This document shows, piece after piece, positions 27,804-37,200 of a stretch of DNA of 50,852 nt. The DNA is taken from contig JBHLRP010000022.1 of the NCBI GenBank assembly GCA_048882485.1, positions 1-50,852 of the forward strand, written 5' to 3'. The notes beneath the pieces were generated by a model. It was not told the origin of the DNA. It did no database searches and saw only the letters and a program-made list of their open reading frames with translations. Made by a program: the position numbers and the translations under genes. How positions within the stretch are numbered: the stretch's first letter is position 1; every line of letters begins with the position of its first letter. The stretch comes from Candidatus Thorarchaeota archaeon (GTDB lineage Archaea > Asgardarchaeota > Thorarchaeia > Thorarchaeales > Thorarchaeaceae).

Positions 27804-28729
27804 AGATTATCGGTTTGGCGATAGCAGGAGCAATGGCTTTAGCGGGTGGTGCCCAGTTGCTCTCATCAGTGGCACTTGTGGTTATTTCCTTCAGAAGCGG
27901 GAATATCATCCCCCTGATCATTGCCATAGGCACAACAGCGGCATTGATTCATCTGAAACGACTATTTACCAAACATGCACTATCTGCAATTCTAGGGATA
28001 CTTGCTTATGCAGCCTCGGGATATCTTGCCGTGGTCGCATTCGTTGGACTGTTGCCTTATGGGATGATTTCATCCCTATTGGGTGCCGCACTAACGATTA
28101 TTGCATGTTCGGTGATGTATGACCCAAGCAACCTGAAAGAATGGATGGCAACATTGTCCCCCGACTCGTCAATATCGTGGCTGAGCAGAGACCCAGGAAC
28201 ACCTGAGTTTTCGATAGGCAAGGAAGTTTCACACCATATTGCACTACTCCCGTCTGAAAGCCGAGAGAAGGTCATCATGCTGATGAGAGACCGACCACTT
28301 CTACCAATTTCACTGACTCACTTCAATGAATGCGACGCGCTCTTCATTGACCTAAAGTCTGAGAGGATAAATTTGAACCAGATCAGAGATGCTCTCTTTA
28401 GAGCAAACGTGGCAATCAAGAATGATGCATCACCACTCTTGCGGGAGGCAATTCTCAAGGTCCCTATTATTGATGAAAAACATGGCCTTTCGATGGCAGA
28501 ATACTGTTTAGCTACTGATCAGGAAACTGTTAATCAGCTAATACGGAATCCCCCTTCACGCATGTTTGTTTTCCCTAGTAGAACCGGTCCCAGAGTCATC
28601 TATCCTGAATCGGCAGCACCAGGTCTAATATCTCAAAGAGTTCCTGAAAGCGAACTTGTCAATGCACTATTGCTTCACAGATATACCACTCTTAAGGAGG
28701 CCAATGACACCTTTGCGAATGCCACTTGA
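27782..28729 (+). CDS. Hypothetical membrane protein (about 4 N-terminal TM helices plus soluble domain)
   Basis: TTG 27782 follows GAGGAG; the first ~110 aa are hydrophobic. Confidence 0.75.
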   Translation: MLGRGILKIIGLAIAGAMALAGGAQLLSSVALVVISFRSGNIIPLIIAIGTTAALIHLKRLFTKHALSAILGILAYAASGYLAVVAFVGLLPYGMISSLLGAALTIIACSVMYDPSNLKEWMATLSPDSSISWLSRDPGTPEFSIGKEVSHHIALLPSESREKVIMLMRDRPLLPISLTHFNECDALFIDLKSERINLNQIRDALFRANVAIKNDASPLLREAILKVPIIDEKHGLSMAEYCLATDQETVNQLIRNPPSRMFVFPSRTGPRVIYPESAAPGLISQRVPESELVNALLLHRYTTLKEANDTFANAT

Positions 28730-29429
28730 TTCACTAAATGTCAATTCACGATCCGAAATCTCGCTTGCCCCGAAGCAACTTGATGACTTGCTAGGAAACA
28801 TTCTTGCACGCGAACAACTAAGCCTCTTTCATGGCCCTGAGCGATCTCCTCTTACGTCTCTCGCCCACGCCATATCAATTGCCGCAGCTGAACTAGGTGA
28901 GGGACATGCGGTCTATATTGATTCAGGGTCAAATTACAGTCCCACTTTAGCTCGAGCAATGTGCAATTCAAAGAGAAGGGTGTCAAAGATACTCAGCCGC
29001 GTTATTGTCGGGAATGTATTGAGTCTTTCAGACTTGGAGAATCTCAGTAAAAGCATTCCAAACTTGGGCCCTGTATCTATAATATTGCTCGACAGCCTGA
29101 CGGGAGTTCTGAATCTTTCTGGAGCTCCAGGAAGTGCAGGGAGGCAAAGAGAGCTCTTTCATTGTCTTGAGGTCTTGAGGGAACTAGTAAATGAGATTGG
29201 AACTCATCTTTTGATGACAGACCATTCTTCAAGAAGCTGGAATTCAGATCAATCTATACCCATTGGTGGTAATGTTCTTGCTCATGCTGTTGATTCTGTA
29301 GTGAGAGTTGATCGACTGGACGTGGGGAAGAATCTGATTCGTATATTGGTCGAGCGCAGCACACTAGGTTCTGAATCGCAAGCATTGATTCTAGTGGAAG
29401 GAAAGAAAGGTCTGCGTACCTTCAGATAG
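28704..29429 (+). CDS. RecA/Rad51-paralog-like protein with degenerate Walker A
   Basis: ATG 28704 follows GGAGG. QLDDLLG, GPERSPLT in place of GxxxxGKT, VYIDSG, ILLDSLT, RQREL, PIGGNVLAHAVD. Confidence 0.85.
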   Translation: MTPLRMPLDSLNVNSRSEISLAPKQLDDLLGNILAREQLSLFHGPERSPLTSLAHAISIAAAELGEGHAVYIDSGSNYSPTLARAMCNSKRRVSKILSRVIVGNVLSLSDLENLSKSIPNLGPVSIILLDSLTGVLNLSGAPGSAGRQRELFHCLEVLRELVNEIGTHLLMTDHSSRSWNSDQSIPIGGNVLAHAVDSVVRVDRLDVGKNLIRILVERSTLGSESQALILVEGKKGLRTFR

Positions 29430-29440
29430 CGGTGATTCCT

Positions 29441-30433
29441 ATGGGTGTGACTGGTTGGAGCAATCTGGTCCCTTGGGCATGGGCCGATGTGAATGAGGTT
29501 ACACCAGGCAATATCGCAATAGACATGCCCAATTATTTGACGCGTCGTGTGAGTGTCATTCCTTCATCAAAACGAGATAGCGGCAGAATTCCCCTTCATC
29601 ACGCTGGAATGACTCTAAGCTTGATAAGAATGTGTCTGAAGAACGCATTACTGCCAGTCCTCATTTTTGATGGTCCACCAGAGCGTATGAAGAGGTCTCC
29701 AAATCCTGAACTCATTCTCACTGCTCAATCCTTCTACAGGCAATTCAAAGAGACTCGGGATCCGTACGATGAGGAGATAGCCAGTCCATTGCGGAAGAGT
29801 CCGTCTCTCAGAATGTACTTCGCTATCGAGCACACACGCGAACTCGCACGCGTTCTAGGTGTGCCTGCAATCTCAGCGCCATCGGAAGCTGAGATGTTTT
29901 CTGCTGTGCTATGCAGAGACAGGCTAGTTAATACAGTCGTTTCAAATGACTCAGATGCGCTTCTATTTGGGAGTCCACATGTAACGAAGCAATTGCAGCT
30001 GTCAAAAAGGCTGATACACAGAGCCACGCTTGCTGATTTGGAAAGCACGACTGGACTTGATCTTGAACAACTAAGAGACCTCGCTGTAGTATGTGGATGC
30101 GATTTTCACAGGCAAGGAGTGAAAGGTATCGGTCCAAGAAAGGGGATGATTCTCCTTCAGCGACATGGAGGGTTGGAAGCATTACTCAAGGCACGAGGGT
30201 ATGGTCCAATTGAACGTAGGGAATTTATGGATGGCAGACAGGCATTCGATGAGGCTAGCTACATTTCTACAAATGGGCTTTTCTTCGATCTAAATCCGCC
30301 ACTAGTCTCGAAGCTTACGGGGATGCTGACTATGTTCATGACGGAGAACCGTGCAGAAGAGATTACGCGTCAGTTTGTTGGATTATGGAGGAAATTTGGC
30401 ACACATCAAGAAACTCTAGAGCAATGGCTCTGA
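29441..30433 (+). CDS. FEN1/XPG-family structure-specific 5' nuclease (divergent) with C-terminal PIP box
   Basis: MGV N-terminus, IAID, IFDG, APSEAE, SNDSDALLFG, GCDF, GVKGIGPRKG (H2TH), terminal QETLEQWL. Confidence 0.9.
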   Translation: MGVTGWSNLVPWAWADVNEVTPGNIAIDMPNYLTRRVSVIPSSKRDSGRIPLHHAGMTLSLIRMCLKNALLPVLIFDGPPERMKRSPNPELILTAQSFYRQFKETRDPYDEEIASPLRKSPSLRMYFAIEHTRELARVLGVPAISAPSEAEMFSAVLCRDRLVNTVVSNDSDALLFGSPHVTKQLQLSKRLIHRATLADLESTTGLDLEQLRDLAVVCGCDFHRQGVKGIGPRKGMILLQRHGGLEALLKARGYGPIERREFMDGRQAFDEASYISTNGLFFDLNPPLVSKLTGMLTMFMTENRAEEITRQFVGLWRKFGTHQETLEQWL

Positions 30434-32584
30434 ATGCACCCACGGATCTCTCCAAGGTTTATTCTTTGACTGGTAGAGTCGGTGAAGAACTGACATGTGA
30501 TAGGTTCGATTGTGTGCAATTGTACCAATGGCTCTGAGCGCTTTCTCGTCCTGGAGTTCTTCTTTAATGAAAACTCCAGCATTTGAGAATCTAGGGGCTC
30601 TCACTATAGAAACAACGCTCTTCTCAGTAGTGCTGAATTGACTATGCACAAATGGAAAGAAGGAAGCCAGCCTTTCAATGAATCTGTTGAGTCGCTTCAC
30701 AGCCTTGAATTCAGCTGCAACAAGAAGACCTTCCGGTAGGCCTGCATAGTGAAGAGTTGGATGATACAGGAGTCTAAGTCGTTTGGTGCGAAGTAGTTTG
30801 GAGAGGAGATATTCGGATGTCCTCGATGGAAACTTGACGGAGTTAAGAAGCCACCTCATCCCCTCTGCATTAGTGGTGACACTTCCTATCAAACTGAGAA
30901 GGTCTATCTCCCGCTGAGTAAGCATCGTATATTCTTTGACACTTGCTGAAGTCTTTCTGAGTAGCCGTTGCTTGGTCTTCTTGGTTCCTCGACTTGATAT
31001 GGCGTCTTTCCCAGATGGTTTTGCCTCCTCATTATCCTGAGTGGAGGATTCCTTCACCCACTCTCTCCATTCTCCAAGCTCGTCGTCAAACAGGTTCATG
31101 CGCATTGAAACCAGATCGGTGTCCACCGTTGTCTGGTAGTATTCATCTGGCAAGACAATACCTTGAGGTCCATGTGATGCTATTGGTTCCACGTGTTTTG
31201 TGACAACCTGATATGCATCGGATTCTGAGATGAATATTCGTTCTGCTAATCCAGGTGAATCCAGAGCTGACTTCTGCAATCTTGTGAAGATGTATCGACA
31301 TCTCAATCCCATATCCATCCATGCGGGAATGTATCTCTCTGTGAGAGTCAATCCAATCGATTTTGCCTTGGCAGATCTGACTCCAACATTCGATGCGTCT
31401 GCGATTTCTCTTCTACTTGGTTTTCCTGGCTTCTCAATATCTGACAGATACTCACAAGTATTCACCAATTGTCGAAAGCGCATCACATTCAATTCAGCTC
31501 TGAAGGAGCTCAGAAGCTCTTGGAACATGTAAGGAAGTGGACTGTCTGCTGATATGCTAAGCTGAGTCCAAATACTGCGAGGAAGTGGTGTCTGCGGTGT
31601 CTGAGCAGCTCCGCTTCGTGGAATCCTGAGTTCGATTTCTTCTCTCAATTTCCTCCTGAGGTCTGAAACCTCATCTTCCTCAGACTCTTCCTCCAATTCA
31701 TCCTCAGGAATATTCTTGCTTTTTTCTTCCGTGACTTCGCAATCCACAAGCTTCATTTTGGGAATAAACTCTTTGAGTCGATCTTCCCATTCATGTGCCC
31801 ATACGACGATAGGATCTCTAGCTCCCAAATCCTTCCTGATTTCTTTGCTCATCTGTTCAATCTTTGCTCTTGCTTCTCTCACGGTAATCTGATGTGTAAG
31901 GGATCCCAAGAGGTCAAGCAACAGCTCATTTCGATACCTCTCAATCTCATATTTCCAAATCAGGGCTAACCAAGGAATTTGAGTGCGAGCGGCCTGGGAA
32001 ATGAAATGAAGCGTAAAGAGCGCGGCTGATAGACCGTTGAGACCGGTCGGAACTAGTGGCCATCCTCTCAGGCTAGGCATGGAATCCATAGCAAGACGAC
32101 TGAGGAAATAGACTAACGATTCTTTCTTTTCCGTCATATACTCTTTTTTCTTGGATCTCTTACTAAGCGTCTTTTCTAAACATGTAGGCAGTAATGAATT
32201 AATTTGATCCTCCAATGACATGCCAGTAGGTGTGAGTGGGGAGTCGAGTCTGGAAACCTCTTGATGAACTACTGAACACCTCAAGGTATCATTGATCTCT
32301 TTGTATTCCATTGGTTCTTCCTGCACTTGAGGAAGGTTGAACTCCCGTTCGAATAAGCTGGGGATTAGGGCTATGTTGGACTGCCATTTTGTCAGACTAT
32401 CTCTGTAACTCTTTTCTCCTCTCTTCCCTTCCAAGCGCTTGAGTTTCGCAGCAATTTCCGTTTTGTCAGTATCGAGCATAAGGTATCCGATGATAGTTGA
32501 GTCATCGATGGGTCTGCCTTTCCTCAACCATTCCAATGTGACAGTAGCTCGACGTGACATTGTCAATAGCTGACTAGGATTCAT
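30416..32584 (-). CDS. Large hypothetical protein with tandem C-terminal Lrp/AsnC-like wHTH plus ferredoxin-fold modules
   Basis: 722-aa ORF. PSRREIADASNV...YIPAWMDMGL and LTQREIDLLSLI...TSEYLLSKL...YHPTLHYAGL patterns. Confidence 0.6.
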   Translation of the reverse strand: MNPSQLLTMSRRATVTLEWLRKGRPIDDSTIIGYLMLDTDKTEIAAKLKRLEGKRGEKSYRDSLTKWQSNIALIPSLFEREFNLPQVQEEPMEYKEINDTLRCSVVHQEVSRLDSPLTPTGMSLEDQINSLLPTCLEKTLSKRSKKKEYMTEKKESLVYFLSRLAMDSMPSLRGWPLVPTGLNGLSAALFTLHFISQAARTQIPWLALIWKYEIERYRNELLLDLLGSLTHQITVREARAKIEQMSKEIRKDLGARDPIVVWAHEWEDRLKEFIPKMKLVDCEVTEEKSKNIPEDELEEESEEDEVSDLRRKLREEIELRIPRSGAAQTPQTPLPRSIWTQLSISADSPLPYMFQELLSSFRAELNVMRFRQLVNTCEYLSDIEKPGKPSRREIADASNVGVRSAKAKSIGLTLTERYIPAWMDMGLRCRYIFTRLQKSALDSPGLAERIFISESDAYQVVTKHVEPIASHGPQGIVLPDEYYQTTVDTDLVSMRMNLFDDELGEWREWVKESSTQDNEEAKPSGKDAISSRGTKKTKQRLLRKTSASVKEYTMLTQREIDLLSLIGSVTTNAEGMRWLLNSVKFPSRTSEYLLSKLLRTKRLRLLYHPTLHYAGLPEGLLVAAEFKAVKRLNRFIERLASFFPFVHSQFSTTEKSVVSIVRAPRFSNAGVFIKEELQDEKALRAIGTIAHNRTYHMSVLHRLYQSKNKPWRDPWVHSEPLL

Positions 32585-32642
32585 CCTACTTATGGGTATA
32601 GGATTTTACGACCTTAAAAGAATGAGAGAATCATAGACTAGC

Positions 32643-33194
32643 ATGAGGGAAGACAGTCTTGTCCTAGTTACCTCGCGAGGAGAACAATATCCAACTCCAT
32701 CTCCATTCTCAAATACTTCTGCTGAGAGTCTCTGGGACACAGTAAAGAACTCCGAATTGCATATACTGCTCAGGGAACCAGCATTGATTGAGCTTGCTCA
32801 AAGAAGGGAGCCTGGCGTGCTCTCGTTCTGTGAGAATCTGGTTAATTGCGGGGACCAAGAATGTTGGTTCACCGGAATCAAAGCCTTAGCTGCACTTGGT
32901 ACCTATGAGGCTGTGCAGCGACTACTTGCAGTATCAGGGTCGCTCAATCCTTGGGATCGGAAAATTGTCATTCAGACAGTGGCGACGGTCCTTACCTCTC
33001 CTCAAAGAGAAGCCTTCAGAAGAGTAGCACGACTGTTTGCTGTTCCAGGAAAGCTGAATGTGACAGGCTGGACTGCCACCGCGCTACGAGTTTTGCGATC
33101 TGTTTGTGAAGAATGCGGAATCCATCTTGTATCATCCTCCCCTGATTTGCAGGAGATAGCGGAAATCCAACAGCCAAGAGTTACATCTGCATAG
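32643..33194 (+). CDS. HEAT/PBS-lyase repeat-like protein
   Basis: Helical repeats LREPALIELAQRREPGVL / WFTGIKALAALGTYEAVQRL / DRKIVIQTVA. Confidence 0.6.
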   Translation: MREDSLVLVTSRGEQYPTPSPFSNTSAESLWDTVKNSELHILLREPALIELAQRREPGVLSFCENLVNCGDQECWFTGIKALAALGTYEAVQRLLAVSGSLNPWDRKIVIQTVATVLTSPQREAFRRVARLFAVPGKLNVTGWTATALRVLRSVCEECGIHLVSSSPDLQEIAEIQQPRVTSA

Positions 33195-33437
33195 ACTTAC
33201 TAATTCTCGAAATGAAAAGGGGTTATAATCTCTATTAGATGAGTAATTAGGCTCCCAAAAGCTCCATTATTGTTAGGGGGGCTCTATTTTCAGAGTAAGT
33301 CTAAAGTGGAGTGTGATATAACGCCTAGTAGCGAAGAAAGTCAAGCTGAACTAGGTTATTGCCAATTCCCTTCATAGGTCATTACAGAAGAAGACCACTT
33401 CCATCAGGACTCAAATGGCTCTGGTGAGAAGGGAGGA

Positions 33438-34040
33438 ATGAAAGTGCAGTTCGACATTGTGACTTTGATGTTGGCTAACCTGTTATTCTCTGTACAGGTT
33501 GCTCCGCTTGTCGTTGTGGTTGCTACCGCCATCAGGTCAGTTCTCTTGCTCACTGGAAAGAGGAGAGCTTTTGAGGAATGGACTCGGAATCCTCTTCTCT
33601 CAGCTGTCACGATCATTTTCGCTCCAGGAATGGTCATCAATACAGCCGTTCGCTATGGAGTCACTTCCCTAATGGGGATTGACCTTGAGGGATTAGGCGG
33701 CGGCGGGACCTATGGAGAACTGAGTCTATTCCTGAAAGTAGATAAGCCGCCTCGAGTGGCTGTCTTGCTTTCAGCTCTCTACATCAGCACTGTCATCTCT
33801 GTGTTCATAGCTTTCGCTCTACTGGTCGTGCCAGTAGTAATGTTGGCCGGTGCGCCGTTAGTGCTGCTTTGCACCTATATTTCGCTGGGAGTTCTCCTGT
33901 CAAGCTCACTCAAGGGTGGAGACCTTGCCCTTCTTGGAGCCGCACTCAAAGGTAGCCCACGCAAAGGTGCCATTGAGTTATTGGCTGTAGTGACCGTTCT
34001 GGTATTGTTCTATACTCAAGTCGTAGGGGTGTTGATATGA
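33438..34040 (+). CDS. Multi-pass membrane protein, possibly an M50-like metalloprotease fold without HExxH
   Basis: GGAGG RBS; five or more TM helices; IFAPGMVINTAVRY at the position of 'PGxxxHExxH'. Confidence 0.7.
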   Translation: MKVQFDIVTLMLANLLFSVQVAPLVVVVATAIRSVLLLTGKRRAFEEWTRNPLLSAVTIIFAPGMVINTAVRYGVTSLMGIDLEGLGGGGTYGELSLFLKVDKPPRVAVLLSALYISTVISVFIAFALLVVPVVMLAGAPLVLLCTYISLGVLLSSSLKGGDLALLGAALKGSPRKGAIELLAVVTVLVLFYTQVVGVLI

Positions 34041-34225
34041 ACATAGAACAAACCATGAAGAGATATCCAAGTCCCGGGTCGGATCCTTCCCATATCCCTG
34101 CTTCAGTAGAAAAAGACCCACCTATTCCAATGGTCCCCGTGACCTTTTTCCCAAAAGGTTCGGCCCCGGGACACCTCTTCATTTCGAGGCATTATTGGGA
34201 GAGGAGCAGAGAGGTTGAGGCATAG
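34037..34225 (+). CDS. Small proline-rich hypothetical protein
   Basis: 62 aa; ATGA overlap upstream and overlap with the start of the giant gene, filling the gap exactly. Confidence 0.6.
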   Translation: MNIEQTMKRYPSPGSDPSHIPASVEKDPPIPMVPVTFFPKGSAPGHLFISRHYWERSREVEA

Positions 34226-37200
34226 AAGACTAGTATTAGGCATAATCATAATCGCAATTGCATGGACTTCGCCTTTGGTCTTGAGCAGTGGATTTAGCCC
34301 ATTGCTGCAGGATGCCACACCCATTGATGTGAATTCTGCTCATTTTGCTTCTGCAGATGATGGTGTCATCATAGATTGGAGTCCAGTCATTGTTCTTGAG
34401 TTGCCTGGCTATTCTATTCCCGCGAGGGGTTCGACATGGCTTCAGGTCCTTCAGTCTGCAGGTGTCGCAGCAAGCGTAGTCACCGTTTCTGATTTGCTAG
34501 TTGACCCAACGATAATTCACGCTGCACCGTTGATCCTCGTTGATGGAAGTCTTGGCGCAGATGATGCAAGTCATGTGCCTGCTGCTCTAGTAGACCTGTT
34601 GATAGGGGAGGATGTCAGCATAGTCCTTACTGGACGTGCAGCCTGGCTTCTGCATTTACTGAGGGGAAGAGGTCCGCCCTCAGGGATCGCTCTTTCCAAT
34701 TATCAACTTAGTACCACACCTGGGCTGGAAGGAGCGATCTACCTCAGTAGTCCCATCTCACTATCGCTGGGTTCTGCACTGACAATTGAATCACCCATCC
34801 TCCTTCCTGATGATTCCATCCAGACAGAAAATTCGCGTCTCGTTGATCTGACTGGATCTGGACCTTCATCCCTTGCGTCTCTGAGATATGATTCTTGGCC
34901 GCTGGAAACATTCCTGTTTGCTCCCGAGGACCCTTTCCTTCTTACAACAGAGGGTCGAGGACTCGTAGTCAACACACTAGCATATGCAATAGCACTCAGA
35001 GAGAATGCAGTTTCTCAAGTTTTAGCCGCCACCCAGTCTGATGACACAAAACTCCTCCCAGGCGGGTATAGTTATTCTCATGAAGCAACAATGGCTGGAA
35101 CCTATTATGCGGTCCAGATGGCAGTGGCCCTCATGGGTGCTTCAGAGTGGTCAACGTGGAAAAGCGCCAAGCAAGGACTTGTGCTCTCGATACTCAATAG
35201 TCTAGCTGTAGACTTCGGAGCAGAAACAGGCTTTCTCACCGCGAAAACTGATGGTTCGGTGGGATGCAAAAGCACTGCCCAAGGTCTCTGGGTGCTATCG
35301 ATTATGGGATTATCCTCACAGTTCTCTGTTTCAGAGATAGTCGCTTACCTAGCCTCGAGACAAGGCTTGGACGGAGATTTTGAGAACCATATCACAACTA
35401 CCTACCATGCTACAGAAGCATTGGCTTCAGCAGGGTCTCTAGGAGCCATTGACACAGTAGCCCTTAAGTCCTGGCTTCGATCTTGTGTAATTGATGGTGG
35501 AAAGACCTCAGATCCTGACTTGTGGGGGTCCGTTGGATCTAACCCCACCAGTACCAGCCCAACAAATCAATACGCCTCAGACTATGTTCGAGCTCTTGGC
35601 ATCCTGGGAACTGCACACAATGATCCCGTGAAGCTGACATCTTGGATAGTAACACGAACTGCAATAGGTGATGGTTCATTCCGTAACACGGTCACTCTGG
35701 GAGAGGAGCTAACCATCGGTACTGGTTCAGCATTGACTGCGATGGCAGTCATGGGAACATTGAGTTCAGAGAATAGGACCAATGGCTTGAGCTGGCTTGA
35801 TTCCAATCAGCTTGATTCTGGAGGTTTTGGCCTAGAAACAAAAGACGGTGACATAGTAGCAAAGACCAAGGAGTCCTATTGTGTTGCTGTTGCATTGAAT
35901 GAGATGTCTGAAACCTCTGGTCCCATTTCACCAGAGCTCAAAAGCTATCTGAGTGCGATTGAGACAAATATCGGTTTTGAACTAATGGACCCAGTGCCCT
36001 CCCTCATGTGGAACTACTGGCTTGCCACTATTTCAAGAATGAACCATGCAGCTGGAGTTGTGGATAAAAAACTGCAAGTTCAGTATCTCGACCTGTTTTC
36101 GCAATGGACTCAATATCCTTGGTGGAATAATTTCACAGCTGTTACTGCTCCAGAATACGGTGTGAATCAGTATCGCACCAAAAGTGTCTGGACTCAGTAC
36201 TTTGGAGTGGCAACGGCGTTGGCTCAAGGAGCTGTGCCGTCATCAGAGGTTATGGCTGATGCTCTGAACTACATTTCATTGTCTCAATATGTAATGGGCC
36301 ACTTCAGACCTGCTATGTTCATCGGGACTGCGCACATCCAGCACAGTGTGGCTGCAGTGGAAGCGCTCTACCTAATGGGCTCCTTAGATGCGATTCCATA
36401 CAGATCGTCGCTTGAGTCTGCAATGCTAAATGATTTCAGTAATGGGCAGTGGTCTATGAGCGGCTGGACCGTTAAGCCCTATGCTGGAGAACAGTCTGCA
36501 ATCGACTGGCTGTGCACTAGGGCCGCAGTGCGACTCAACATCGTAGACACCACAATGGCTTCGCAGATCTCTTCCTCTATTAACTCCCGTATCCAATACA
36601 ACAACATCTATGCACTGAGCTGCGACGTGGCAACCCTTGCCCTGCTCAACGCTTCAGGTTTTGACGTGAACCTCGAGAGCATCGATGCAACACAAGTATT
36701 GAACGCATTGGGACCTGCTCCCTATGCAAATGGTTGGTTGAATGCAACTAATCAATGGCAGCCTGTCTATACCGCGGAGTCTCTTGAGATGGTGTCAATC
36801 CTCGGAATCAGACCTCTTCTGATTGATATGCCAGGGTCTTCAATCTCAATATCAACTGATGCCACAGTCAGTCTAGGATCGAGTCTGTATATTGATGTGG
36901 GAGTAGGCTCCTCCATCAGTAGTCATAGTGTTCTAGTCTATGCGTTTGATGAATGGACCAAGTTCACTAACGTAGAAAACAGTGATACATTGAGAATAGA
37001 TGTCCCTGGTGATACAAAATTCCTCGGACACGCAGAAATATACACTATTGCGACAGACTGGAATCATTCTCGTGCGTTTGCCATGTCAACACTTGATGTT
37101 CATGGAGATTTAGAAGGCTCTCTTACGATAGAAACACCCAATGTGTCTGCTGGGAGTTTCATCAATGGTACCGTGTCTTGGACCATTGCTCCCGGGATTG

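Noticed and set aside
14767-30433. Operon as an integrated conjugative element, provirus or known defence system
   Set aside because: No integrase, relaxase, primase, capsid, att/tRNA boundary or recognisable defence nuclease was seen, and the only VirB4/HerA-like protein is degenerate.
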